Of a DNA stretch of 64,000 bases, positions 1 to 9,575 are shown piece after piece. Source of the DNA: Nitrospirota bacterium (GTDB lineage Bacteria; Nitrospirota; Nitrospiria; Nitrospirales; NS-4); the NCBI GenBank assembly GCA_963788195.1, contig CAWBGA010000002.1, positions 160,001-224,000 on the forward strand. The letters are read 5' to 3'. Every line of letters starts with the position of its first letter. Within the stretch, counting starts at the first letter, position 1. The notes under the pieces are model-generated. The model saw only the letters and a list, made by a program, of their open reading frames with translations, was not told the DNA's origin and did not search any database. The position numbers were made by a program, and so were the translations under genes.

Positions 1-174
1 ATCGGCGATAGATCGGTTACGCTAAGGCTCAGGCCTCAGGCGTAAAAAGCCGGCCACTTTTCGAACAGGGCGGTTCAGCAGCGCGCAGGCATTTCATGCG
101 GGATCCGCCGGAGACGAATAATGAGAGCGGAGATCTTTACGGAAAAGTTTGTTTCAAATCATGGAGGACACAAT

Positions 175-480
175 ATGCATGACGATAATGACAAATACTT
201 GAGCGCACTTGTGGGATTTGGGCTGGGGGCATTGGTAGGGGCGGGCCTAGCGCTGCTGCTGGCGCCGAAATCGGGGTCTGAAACGCGCGATCTGCTTAGC
301 GGCTACCTCGGACAAGCAAGGGATGAAATCTACACCCGCGGCCGCGAGGCAAAAGCGACTCTGGATTCGGTGATTGAGCGGGGCAAGGCGGCATATGAAG
401 GTGGAAAGGCGCGTGTCGGTGACGCTTACGACGCTGCCAAAAAGCCGAACCGCGCTCCCGACGGCCCGCGGAACATGTGA
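175..480 (+). CDS. YtxH-domain (general stress/gas vesicle-like) membrane protein
   Basis: GFGLGALVGAGLALLLAPKSGSETR matches the YtxH pattern; GGAGG RBS at 163-167 before ATG 175. Confidence 0.8.
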   Translation: MHDDNDKYLSALVGFGLGALVGAGLALLLAPKSGSETRDLLSGYLGQARDEIYTRGREAKATLDSVIERGKAAYEGGKARVGDAYDAAKKPNRAPDGPRNM

Positions 481-878
481 TCAGCGACGCCCGGAGCAAA
501 CACCCTATGAATGACCAACTCACTGCTGGGAATCATATCCAGATCACGGAAACTCTCCTGCGGCTTTATGTTTTTCTGGCCCAGGAGTTGGACCGCAGCC
601 TGAACCAGGCCGCGCGAGAGACCTTTCCCGAGCAGGAGCTTCGCGAGCACCTTTCCTCGACACGGGACAAGGTGATGGAAATTTTATCGGTGAACCCCGT
701 GGTCAAGGAGAAGGTGGACAAGGAGTGTCAACGCGTGCTCGCGCTCGCCGCCGCCTGCCTCGCAGAGAGAAACGGGAAGTCGTCCGCCGCGCTTGAGAAT
801 GTGAGAGCGGAGCAGGCTGTGCTGAAACAAAAGACAATGGCATTGAGTGATTTGTTGGCGGTCTTCCGGGCCGCATAA
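477..878 (+). CDS. Hypothetical helical protein
   Basis: 133-aa ORF overlapping the upstream stop (GTGA); protein-like helical composition. Confidence 0.6.
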   Translation: MISDARSKHPMNDQLTAGNHIQITETLLRLYVFLAQELDRSLNQAARETFPEQELREHLSSTRDKVMEILSVNPVVKEKVDKECQRVLALAAACLAERNGKSSAALENVRAEQAVLKQKTMALSDLLAVFRAA

Positions 879-963
879 TAGACGAGTCGCGCCCGTGGCT
901 CCCGCAACTGCCGGGCGTTTTCACTGGAGCCGCTAATCCAAGGGACGGGAAAGGAATACGGAC

Positions 964-1392
964 ATGGCGTTGATAGACGAGATTGATCCGCAGATGAACA
1001 ACGGGGATGTGTTCTCAAGAGTCGAGCAGACGTTTCGCACCCCCGTGGACCACGTATTGCAAAAGTATGGTTACGATCTTAAGGGCTCCTCAATGTCTAA
1101 ACACGATCATCAGTTCTACTCGCATTACCGCACGGGTCATTCACTTGTCGTCAACCCGGAAGGTTTCTGGATGCACATGCAGGAAGGCCCTTCCGGCACG
1201 GTACGGGTGCAAAATGGGCATGGCGCGGCGGACCTGAATACATGCCTTAAAGGTGCCCACGCAGATACGCAGTATGAGCGGGCGGATGACCTTTTGCGGC
1301 GCGCCGCTGCACGTTCCAGATCGTCAAAAGGTATGTCGAAAGACTCGCTCTATGTCAATAAAAAGAGCGCGCCGCGCAAGGTCCGAAGCTAA
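964..1392 (+). CDS. Hypothetical protein
   Basis: 142-aa ORF with AAGGA upstream; no recognisable family. Confidence 0.5.
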   Translation: MALIDEIDPQMNNGDVFSRVEQTFRTPVDHVLQKYGYDLKGSSMSKHDHQFYSHYRTGHSLVVNPEGFWMHMQEGPSGTVRVQNGHGAADLNTCLKGAHADTQYERADDLLRRAAARSRSSKGMSKDSLYVNKKSAPRKVRS

Positions 1393-1404
1393 AACCTCAG
1401 AAAG

Positions 1405-1911
1405 CTAAACGAGCTTAGCCGCTATTTTGGCCGCGATCAGGGCCGCCGAGACGACCGTATCCAAAGTCTTCTTGGCTTTTTGCCGCGCGGCGACATCTTC
1501 CTGAGCCCGCTCGAGCTGATCGGAAAAACGAGCGATATCGCTATCGGAAAGCAGGCGCGGGATATCCTCAAACACACTCATCTCCAATAATAGGCCGAAC
1601 TGATTTCGCAGAGCATTGCGCTGGGCCTGGATCGTAATGACGGTGGTCTCCGGGAGCGGTGTATTGTTGGAGGCGGCTTTAACCATAATTTCGGTCAGGA
1701 CCCCCCGGGCCGCCACAATGGCTTCTGAGCGCTGGGCGAGTGATGCCGGGGTAGGATCGCCTGCTTCGGAGATGAGTTTGCTGAGGCGCTCGAGCGCCTT
1801 ATCTACGCCACGGCTTGGTCCGTCATCCCCGTCGCCCGCTTTTTCAAAGACCCCCTCCAGAGCCGGTATTAAGAAATCGCTGAACTTTTTCAGATCGGTC
1901 AGATTGGCCAT
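1405..1911 (-). CDS. Hypothetical all-helical protein with hydrophobic/amphipathic C-terminal helix
   Basis: 168-aa ORF, AGGAG RBS upstream on the minus strand, ends TVVSAALIAAKIAAKLV. Confidence 0.65.
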   Translation of the reverse strand: MANLTDLKKFSDFLIPALEGVFEKAGDGDDGPSRGVDKALERLSKLISEAGDPTPASLAQRSEAIVAARGVLTEIMVKAASNNTPLPETTVITIQAQRNALRNQFGLLLEMSVFEDIPRLLSDSDIARFSDQLERAQEDVAARQKAKKTLDTVVSAALIAAKIAAKLV

Positions 1912-1920
1912 CGCGCAAAG

Positions 1921-2350
1921 ACTCCTATCTCACCCGCCATCTCACCCACCCTTCCCCGGACGCTCATTGCACCCGCCCGCCCCGAGTCTGCCAAGGCAGT
2001 CTCTTTTCCCGAAGGACGCGTCCTTGCCCGTGGCCTGGAGTTATTTCGACCCGTTGCAAAGGAAGGCAACGGGTACCCCGGACAGATTCCTTTACCCTGG
2101 CACCAGCACCCGTGAATCGCCATTACACCCACCCGCCCTGGAATCCTTTCACATGGGCAAGAGCGCGTCCCTGGACAGATTCCTACCTGGCACCCAGCCC
2201 TGGAATCATTTCCCCATGGCGCTGCCATTCCACCCGCCCACCCTGGAGTCTGCGAAGACAGACTCCTTAACCCCTGGACAGCGCCTTGTCCCCTGGGACA
2301 GATTCCTTTGCCCCTGGGACTCATGATTATTTAAGGCCGCCGGGATAGTT
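1921..2350. repeat. Mosaic cluster of the CACCCGCCCACCC/GCCAAGAC hairpin repeat family
   Basis: Several cattNcacccgccc, ccctggaatc and gacagattcctttNcccc modules; TAAGGCCGCCGGGATAGT shared with ~47916-47933. Confidence 0.8.
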
Positions 2351-2401
2351 TCTCTCCTCTTTGGTAGATCTTCATCTTACTGGCCTCAACGCGGAATCTG
2401 G

Positions 2402-3059
2402 TTACTTCTCGAAGATATTGATGAGAAGGCTTCGTGTCCTCTCGATTGCGTGCTCGGCAGACTCCCGCCGCCCCTGAACTTCTTTCTCCGAGACCTTTTT
2501 GAGATGCCCCAGCTCTTCGCCGCCCTCGCGAATAGTCGCCGCAACGCGAAACATGCCTTCGACGTCCAAGCTCCTGAGCGCAAACGCCGCGTCTTTGCTC
2601 TCAAGATACTTGAGCAGGGTGTCGCTGTTTTGTTGCAGCCGTCCCAGAGCGCTTATCAGCTTGTCATAGAGCTTCAAAATCGCGTTTTTTCGCGAATCAT
2701 CGATTTGTCGAAGTCCGGCAACGCGATGCACCGATTCCAGGTCCAGCTCAGCCAGTTTCATGTGAAGCAATCTATCGGCGCCGGTGACATTGGGATGTCG
2801 CGCCAGGAGCACCTCCGCCTTTTCCAGGTCGCGTTCGCCAATCGAGCAGATTTTGTTCTCGGGTCCGATCGACTTTTAATTGTTCCTCTAACGCGATCGT
2901 GAGAGTCTGGCGCTTTTGTTTGAGGGTGTCTTCGAGCTTGGCATAGTACTGCTGCTGTTCGTGGGTGAGCGCCGTCACATTGCCGCGATGGACCCCGCAC
3001 CCGGTGCTGAAAAGAATGGTGCAAGAGAGAAGGCCGATGGCCCAGCGGCTTTTTCTCAC
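2402..3059 (-). CDS. Helical/coiled-coil lipoprotein (one frameshift near 2825)
   Basis: Signal peptide with lipobox STG-C in ORF 2772-3059, continuing in ORF 2402-2812; start overlaps the stop of the upstream lipoprotein. Confidence 0.65.
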
Positions 3060-3778
3060 TTCCCACCTCCCCCAAACTGTTTTCCAGCGCGGACCAAAGC
3101 CTCTTTCAAGCTGTCAGCCTGTTCCTGGGAAACACTCACATCAAGCGCCAGCCATGCGTCGACCTTCGTGGCGATGGATTTCATCACGGCTATTTGTGCC
3201 CGCAGGATTTCAAGCAGCTGATCCACATCATTCGCGGTTTGGCGTTCCCTGTCCAGGTCGGCAAGAATCACCTCCTCGATTGCCGCAACAGGCTTGGGTT
3301 TATTCTGGACGATCCGCGCGCGTGCCTCTTGAAGATCTTGAAGATCTAACGTCAATTGTCCCTTCCTGGCCGGATCGCTGGTCCCCGCAATCCGTTTCGT
3401 AAGCGACGCGATCTGATCGTCGATGTCCCGCCACACAAGCGCGTTGTCGATCCAGGGCCGGACGGTGGCGTTATAAGATTCAAATAGGGCGTCGGCGGTA
3501 ATTTGTTTCATTGGTTGACTTTGCGGATAAAGTGCAGCAATCGCCTGCCGGGCTACGAGCATCCGTCCCTCTTCTTTGATGCGGGCTTCCTTATCGCTGT
3601 GGAATTGATCGAAGGCCTGCTGAAGATCCACGATCGTCGCATCCAGAGCCTCGATTACCGTCAACTGGGCTTTGGAGGCCGTCTTTACTTCGACAGGCGA
3701 CGCACAACCGGCAAGCGCCATGATGGCGATTGTGAAGACCCCTGGTATTGACCGCAGTATCACGCGCACATTAAACAT
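3056..3778 (-). CDS. Helical/coiled-coil lipoprotein
   Basis: ATG 3778 with AGGA upstream; signal peptide ending LAG-C; heptad-rich helical sequence. Confidence 0.7.
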   Translation of the reverse strand: MFNVRVILRSIPGVFTIAIMALAGCASPVEVKTASKAQLTVIEALDATIVDLQQAFDQFHSDKEARIKEEGRMLVARQAIAALYPQSQPMKQITADALFESYNATVRPWIDNALVWRDIDDQIASLTKRIAGTSDPARKGQLTLDLQDLQEARARIVQNKPKPVAAIEEVILADLDRERQTANDVDQLLEILRAQIAVMKSIATKVDAWLALDVSVSQEQADSLKEALVRAGKQFGGGGK

Positions 3779-3871
3779 GTTATGTCCTGCGATGGCGGGA
3801 GCGAGTATACTGCCAAAAATTCGTTGTCGTCTAGCGGAAAAAAAGAGGGCGAACATGAAAAGGAGGAGCGT

Positions 3872-4609
3872 ATGAGACTTCTTCACTGGCTGCTGACCAC
3901 GTCAATCGTCACCTGCGTAGCCGGGTGTGCCGAGGTCGGTCCGCCTACAGTCGGCACGACGCCGCCGGACCCCCAGCCCGGGCCCGTGGCGTTCACCGTG
4001 CCAAACCTGGAATTTACCGGCATGGACGAAGGCTGGCCACCGCGGCCCAAAGGCCGACAAAACGAGCAGGCGATCGACACGGCCGGCGTAAAAGATCTTG
4101 CCTCTGCGTCCAGAGTGGCGGGACCCAAGGTTCAGGCCCTGAAATCGACCGTGCAACAGGACCGGGCGTTGAGCGAGGTGCTCGGGGAACGTTTCGAGGT
4201 GTTACGCGCCCAGAGCCGCGGCCCACAAAAACTGATGGGCCCTCCCACGGGCAAGGTGACGGTCTACAGCTATACGATGAACCGCGCTGTCGATGTGCAT
4301 ATTCAGGCCGATCCGCCTGGGCCGCAGCCCGCGGCCGGAAAGGTCGCGAAGATTGTCGTGCGGGAACAAGGATATCAGCCTCCCGAAAGCGCCAATGAGA
4401 TCCAGCATGCCGTCGAACTCGCGGTGGCAAAACTTGGCGGAACCGTAAAAGATATGGAGAGCAGCGCGATTCTCGCGCCGGACCCCCAGCAGACCGATCA
4501 CAGGGTGTTATATGTAACGTTCAGACAGGCGCAGCTCCCGGTGTATTGGGCCCTCGTGGATCTCACCACCGATACGGTTCTGTCAAACGGCAAATTTGCT
4601 CGGTCGTAA
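3872..4609 (+). CDS. Lipoprotein resembling the N-terminal D2/D3 domains of copper amine oxidases
   Basis: AGGAGG RBS, lipobox VAG-C, Pro-rich linker; VTVYSYTMNRAVDV, YQPPESANEIQHAVEL and ALVDLTTDTVL resemble D2/D3 patterns (alignment from memory). Confidence 0.6.
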   Translation: MRLLHWLLTTSIVTCVAGCAEVGPPTVGTTPPDPQPGPVAFTVPNLEFTGMDEGWPPRPKGRQNEQAIDTAGVKDLASASRVAGPKVQALKSTVQQDRALSEVLGERFEVLRAQSRGPQKLMGPPTGKVTVYSYTMNRAVDVHIQADPPGPQPAAGKVAKIVVREQGYQPPESANEIQHAVELAVAKLGGTVKDMESSAILAPDPQQTDHRVLYVTFRQAQLPVYWALVDLTTDTVLSNGKFARS

Positions 4610-4619
4610 GGAGGTCATT

Positions 4620-5549
4620 ATGGCAAAACTTGCGCGTCTCGTTCTCGGCGTCTTGGTCTTCATTGGAATACCCGGCGTGGCCGCCGCGCAGCCGGAGGCC
4701 AAGGGCATCTTTGATCGCATATCCGGACATATCAAAGACGGCAACTGGGAGTTTGATTGGGAACTAAAGGACGATGCCGGCGTCGAGCTACTGAATGTGG
4801 ATTTCAAGGGCCAGCGGGTGCTGTACAAGGCAAGCGTCCCGGTGATCCGTGTGAAATATGTCAAGGATGAGCCTGCGCTGCAGCCGTTTCCGCTCCAGCG
4901 GGAAGGCTGTGGGCCCTATCAGGACCGCTTAACGGTCGACCATCTGAAGGACATAGACAAATGTGAGGACAACAAGATCTGCCGGAAATCCTACACCCTG
5001 GGCGGTGACCACTGGCTGGAGATCGGAATCTTCGCGAAGATCGGGGAGTACCGTATCTATCAAGCCTGGTATTTGAATGACAAAGGCTACCTCGGAGGGA
5101 AGGTCTGGAGTCACGGCCTGTCTTGCTACACCGACCACATTCATCATGCCTATTGGCGTATTCATTTCGGCGATGCCAAGACTCAGGTCTTCGCATTTCC
5201 GGAAAACACGCTCTACGCGAAGGAAGCCGAAGATACAAAGAGCGCGACGAAACAATACTGGGTGCTCCAGGGAAATTCGTCGAAGCGCAAAATCGTCGTG
5301 ATTCCCGGTGCCCAGGATGGAAGTGCCGATGCGTTCTCGAGCCTGGACGTCGGGCTGCGGCGCTATGACCCGAGCGAAGATGAGCCATGGCCGTTCGGAA
5401 CGGGTCCCTTGGAGTACAAGCGGTACACCGAGGACATCAACAACAAGGACGTCGTATTCTGGTATGTGGCCCATCTGGCGCACGTTGCCTCGGAGGGGCC
5501 GGATCAATGGAAAGGCGTGGGACCATGGATCTATGTAAATCCTCAATAG
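4620..5549 (+). CDS. Exported copper amine oxidase catalytic-domain (D4) homologue
   Basis: AAGGAGGT RBS, Sec signal; WEFDW..GVELLNV..VLYKASVPVIRVKY, YQD, IGEYRIYQAWYL, HIHHAYWRI and DVVFWYVAHLAH are collinear with CAO D4 motifs. Confidence 0.7.
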   Translation: MAKLARLVLGVLVFIGIPGVAAAQPEAKGIFDRISGHIKDGNWEFDWELKDDAGVELLNVDFKGQRVLYKASVPVIRVKYVKDEPALQPFPLQREGCGPYQDRLTVDHLKDIDKCEDNKICRKSYTLGGDHWLEIGIFAKIGEYRIYQAWYLNDKGYLGGKVWSHGLSCYTDHIHHAYWRIHFGDAKTQVFAFPENTLYAKEAEDTKSATKQYWVLQGNSSKRKIVVIPGAQDGSADAFSSLDVGLRRYDPSEDEPWPFGTGPLEYKRYTEDINNKDVVFWYVAHLAHVASEGPDQWKGVGPWIYVNPQ

Positions 5550-5580
5550 GCTGGATGCCTGGCCGTTATCGGGGGAAGCC

Positions 5581-7149
5581 ATGTCGCTCAAATTAATTCT
5601 GACGAATGTGTCGCGGTTGCAGGGAAAATATGGCGCCGGCTTTGCGAGTATTCAAACACAGATCGACAAACTGATCACGGCCGACCAGGCGCGCGGCTTG
5701 GAGACCCGGCTGATCGCCCTCGACGATCCCGCCCAGATGCAAACCTTAAAGGCGCCGGCGGTTACCAACGTACTCGACCCCAAGCAGAACAAGAGGGCCA
5801 TTGACGGCGTCTACAAAGAGCTCGCGCCGGAATACATGATGATTTTGGGCGCCCAGGACGTGGTTCCACATCAGGATCTTTCCAACCCTGCCTTTGATCC
5901 CGAGCACGGTGAGGACGCCGACGAGACTGCCGACGGCGATCTGCCGTACGCCTGCGAGGCCCCGTACAGTCAGGACCCACAGGACTTTACCGGGGCGACC
6001 CGCGTGGTGGGCCGGCTTCCGGATCTTCCTAACGCCTCCGACCCCGCGTATCTGATGGAATTGCTCGATACGTCCATAACCTGGAAGTCAGGCCGTCCCG
6101 AGGACTATTCCAGTTATCTCGGCATGAGCGCCGAAGTCTGGCAGGAGTCCACGGCTCTGAGCCTCAGTAATATATTCGGGGCCGGCGGGAGTCTGCAGCT
6201 GTCGCCATCCGAAGGCCCGAACTGGGCGGATGCGTTAGTGGCGTGCCGCTCGCATTTCATCAACTGTCATGGAAGCCCATCCGATTTTCAGTTTTATGGC
6301 CAGAGCCCGGCGGATGAATTTCCAGTCGCGCATACCGCAACAGGCATCGACGGAAGGATCTCGGAGGGTACCGTGGTCGCGGCTGAGTGTTGCTATGGGG
6401 CGCAGTTGTTTGATCCTGCGCCGGTCGGCGGAAAAATGGGCATCTGTAGCGCCTATCTCAAGGACAAGGCATACGGGTTCTGGGGCAGCACCACAATTGC
6501 GTATGGACCCAAAAAGGGAAATGCCTGGGCGGACCTGATCTCTCAATATTTCCTGAAGCGCGTGCTGGCCGGCTCGTCCCTGGGAAGGGCGGCGCTTGAA
6601 GCTCGTCAGGCCTATGCGCAGTCCGGGGGGCAAATGGATCCCTTCGATCTTAAGACACTTGCCCAGTTCAATCTGCTCGCGGACCCGTCTATCGACCCTG
6701 TGAACATGCCCAGCGCGGACGTTCCGGTGGGTGAGCCGCACTTTAAGAAAGCGGGTGCGGAGTCCAAAGGAGCGGTGAAAACGAGCGAGCGACGCAGGCA
6801 GCTGTTATCGAAGGGTTTATGGTTAGCCGAGAATATCCCAGTCGTACGCCGGGCCAGAGCTCGCCGTTCGCCGGTCCTGAAGCGTTTGCTGGAAGACCTC
6901 GCCGGGCAGAATAATATGCATCATCTGAAAATTCTCTCGTTTGACGTCGAGTTGAGCCTCAAACGGCCATCCAAGATTTTGAAAAGCATGTTGGAGAAAA
7001 AAGCTGCCGCCGTCGAGGGCATTCACGTTGTCTTTGGTCGATCGGGTAGTGACACCTCGGTCGAGACCAAGATCTCCCGCGCGGTTGCGGTTGTCGCCAA
7101 AGAAGTCGCCGGTGAAATCGTTTCGTACCGGGTGGCATTCGCCAAATAG
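5581..7149 (+). CDS. C25 (gingipain)-family / clan CD cysteine peptidase, no signal peptide
   Basis: MILGAQDVVP, DLPY, VGRLP, FINCHG (His), AECCYG (Cys), FWGSTTIAYG, FNLLADP motifs. Confidence 0.8.
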   Translation: MSLKLILTNVSRLQGKYGAGFASIQTQIDKLITADQARGLETRLIALDDPAQMQTLKAPAVTNVLDPKQNKRAIDGVYKELAPEYMMILGAQDVVPHQDLSNPAFDPEHGEDADETADGDLPYACEAPYSQDPQDFTGATRVVGRLPDLPNASDPAYLMELLDTSITWKSGRPEDYSSYLGMSAEVWQESTALSLSNIFGAGGSLQLSPSEGPNWADALVACRSHFINCHGSPSDFQFYGQSPADEFPVAHTATGIDGRISEGTVVAAECCYGAQLFDPAPVGGKMGICSAYLKDKAYGFWGSTTIAYGPKKGNAWADLISQYFLKRVLAGSSLGRAALEARQAYAQSGGQMDPFDLKTLAQFNLLADPSIDPVNMPSADVPVGEPHFKKAGAESKGAVKTSERRRQLLSKGLWLAENIPVVRRARARRSPVLKRLLEDLAGQNNMHHLKILSFDVELSLKRPSKILKSMLEKKAAAVEGIHVVFGRSGSDTSVETKISRAVAVVAKEVAGEIVSYRVAFAK

Positions 7150-7173
7150 GGTAGACAGGGTTACGCGTTCAGA

Positions 7174-7407
7174 ATGGAATTACGCGGCAAGGTCGTGAAA
7201 GAGAGCTTCGGTCAGGGGACGAAGAGCGAACGCGTCGCCGTGCAGCTCGTCACTCCTGCGGGCAAATACGTCCTGCGACGAGCCGGAGGGAACGCTTTCC
7301 AAGATCCGGTTTTAGAGGAACTTGTAGGAAAGACAATCGTCGGTACGGGCGTCCTGCAGGGTTACGTCTTCATCATGTCGGCGTGGCAGGAAGTCACCGG
7401 CGACTGA
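7174..7407 (+). CDS. Small beta-rich (OB-fold-like) protein
   Basis: 77-aa ORF 24 nt after the peptidase; ELRGKV...LVGKTIVGTGVLQG strand pattern. Confidence 0.65.
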   Translation: MELRGKVVKESFGQGTKSERVAVQLVTPAGKYVLRRAGGNAFQDPVLEELVGKTIVGTGVLQGYVFIMSAWQEVTGD

Positions 7408-7542
7408 TGATTTCTCTTCGTTCCCCCGCGACCGGGTGCATCCACCTGAAAGCAAGGGGGACCTACTAAAAGCAGGGTCGACAGGTGATCCGACGCTTGA
7501 TACCTTCGAAGGGTCGATCCTTATCGGCATATTCGAGGTGGG

Positions 7543-8229
7543 ATGTTGCTATCCGAGAAACTGCTAGAGAACGCCAAAGCGGCCATTGATGAGGCGCGGC
7601 AGTACGCCAACGAAATCAACAGGCTGAGTCAGCGCGTGCAGGAACTCGAGCTGAGCAAGGCCGAAGAGGCTGCGAAACGCCAGCAGGTTGAGGAAGAGCT
7701 ACAACACCTGAAGGCGGAGAACGCCCAAGCGGCCATTGATGAGGCTCGGCAGTACGCCGACGAAATCAGCAGGCTGAGTCAGCGCGGGCAGGAACTTGAG
7801 CTTAGCCTCACCGAGATGGCGCACGGCAAGGCCGAAGAGGCTGCGAAACGCCAGCAGGTTGAGGAGGAACTACAACACCTGAAGGCGGAGAACACGAGTC
7901 TCGCCGACACCCTCAGCAAAGAGACGTCACGTGCGACGAGCCTGCACCATGAAGTCGAACGGCTTCGTCAAAAACTCGTTGGGTCAAAGGCCGATGAAGG
8001 CAACGCGACACCGCACTCAGAGGAACGTGTGGCGAGGCTGGAGGTCGAAGTCGACAAGCTGAGGCGAAGCCTGGACAACCTCTGGCGCATTGAAAGCCGA
8101 CAGGACGCCGGCGCTGACGAGGAAGATCGGCCGGTCAAGCGATGGGTGACATGGCGATCTATGGCATGGCTCTGTGCGACAGCACTCGGAGGATGGTTAA
8201 CGGCGATCTACATGGGGCTTCTCAAATAA
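7543..8229 (+). CDS. Coiled-coil protein with internal duplication and C-terminal TM helix
   Basis: Two copies of AAIDEARQYA.EI.RLSQR.QELELS...KAEEAAKRQQVEEELQHLKAEN; hydrophobic C-terminus. Confidence 0.7.
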   Translation: MLLSEKLLENAKAAIDEARQYANEINRLSQRVQELELSKAEEAAKRQQVEEELQHLKAENAQAAIDEARQYADEISRLSQRGQELELSLTEMAHGKAEEAAKRQQVEEELQHLKAENTSLADTLSKETSRATSLHHEVERLRQKLVGSKADEGNATPHSEERVARLEVEVDKLRRSLDNLWRIESRQDAGADEEDRPVKRWVTWRSMAWLCATALGGWLTAIYMGLLK

Positions 8230-8261
8230 CATCGACGGCTTTACTATCACTGACTCTCAAT

Positions 8262-8861
8262 TTATCGCTTAGAGATGCTTGCCGCGTAGCCCTGAGCGAC
8301 CCTGTTATTAAGATGGGCGATCACGTGGTCCCCTACGGTGAGATTGCCGTCTTTTTTCGTGTGGTCGTCAGTGTGTAGCTTAACTTCTTGGCCCCTTATG
8401 TCCTGGACCACGAGGTTCTCCCCGCGAATCTCCCGGATTTCTCCCTCCACGACGTCGGGGATGGCCTCCGTTTTCGCTTTGTTCCCGTTTTTGCCTTCGG
8501 AAGTGACCTCCAAGGATTTGGTAGAGACATCCGAGGGGAGAGCTTCCACGGTCGCGGTTACTTTATCTCCGATGTTGGGAATGTCCTCAACCTTGGTCTT
8601 GGGGTTGATATTTAACTTGATCTCCCGGCCGGACCGCTCCCTGATGACATAGGAAGTCGCGTCCTTCTTGATGACTTCTCCCTGGACCCGTTGTGCCGGA
8701 AGCTTGCCGCGCGTTGGCGCAGGCGCTTGCCGCTTCGGCTGTGAGTCCGCTGTGGGCTGCGACACGCGCCCCAGGAAGTAGGTGATCCCTCCTAAGACGG
8801 CGAGGCCCGCTACGATCACAAGTATAGCGAGTATTGCAAGAGCACCTTTGCCGTAGCGCAT
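8262..8861 (-). CDS. Membrane-anchored protein with two short beta-barrel (OB-like) repeats
   Basis: N-terminal TM; two repeats of V.GE....G.....G.E..L.....TK.......GD.V.A. Confidence 0.7.
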   Translation of the reverse strand: MRYGKGALAILAILVIVAGLAVLGGITYFLGRVSQPTADSQPKRQAPAPTRGKLPAQRVQGEVIKKDATSYVIRERSGREIKLNINPKTKVEDIPNIGDKVTATVEALPSDVSTKSLEVTSEGKNGNKAKTEAIPDVVEGEIREIRGENLVVQDIRGQEVKLHTDDHTKKDGNLTVGDHVIAHLNNRVAQGYAASISKR

Positions 8862-9085
8862 CCTGGCCCTCAGCGTAATTACTGCAAAGAAGCTATTCTA
8901 GCATGCCGAGCCGCGCAGATCGCTATGGATCGGCGCTTTTACGGCGCGTAGCTGGCTGTGGCGTGGATCGACTTCCTACCCTTCCTTTGGACGTGGACCC
9001 CCTGATTGCCACCACCATAGTTAAACCTAGTGTGATATCTTTTGGCTCCCGAGTTGCCGATTTTCAATGGAAGGAGTCATCGACA

Positions 9086-9274
9086 ATGCTCAATAATATA
9101 CTCAGCTGCTATTTCGGGCATCATTCGTGGCAGCACCAACGAAACCTGGGTCAGATGGATCGGCAAGGCAACTTGCAAAAGCAAGGAACGATGCAACAGT
9201 GCCAGTTTTGTCAGGCCACACGTACGGTTCTAACTCAAGAACCGATTCCCGTACGGACTAGCGACAGTTTGTAA
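9086..9274 (+). CDS. Small Cys/His metal-binding protein (DUF1660-like)
   Basis: AAGGAG RBS at 9071; C.FGHHSW ... CQFC motif. Confidence 0.55.
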   Translation: MLNNILSCYFGHHSWQHQRNLGQMDRQGNLQKQGTMQQCQFCQATRTVLTQEPIPVRTSDSL

Positions 9275-9575
9275 TTCGGTTCCGTCTCTATAATAACCAG
9301 CCCGCTGAAAGGGCGTGAGAAATGGAATTTCTAGTCCGATGGGTCTGTCCCTGCGAATCCCCTCAGACATGCCCTTTCTGTGACGGTCAAGGCTATTTTG
9401 AACGCTGGATGCCCCCCGACTTGCTAATGTAGTCAAGAACCGTACCTACGTCATCACTTCCAGTCGTATATTGCAGCAGTCTGAACAACGTTGTGACGTC
9501 CTGCCGGATTCTTTCCCAGTAGCCGCGAGCAAGAGTCGTTAACTAATACCGGAGCAGCATCAAGGGAAGGTGGGC

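Noticed and set aside
1616..2326. 236-aa plus-strand and 141-aa minus-strand ORFs
   Set aside because: They are antisense to a better ORF or read through the repeat mosaic, giving Pro-rich nonsense.
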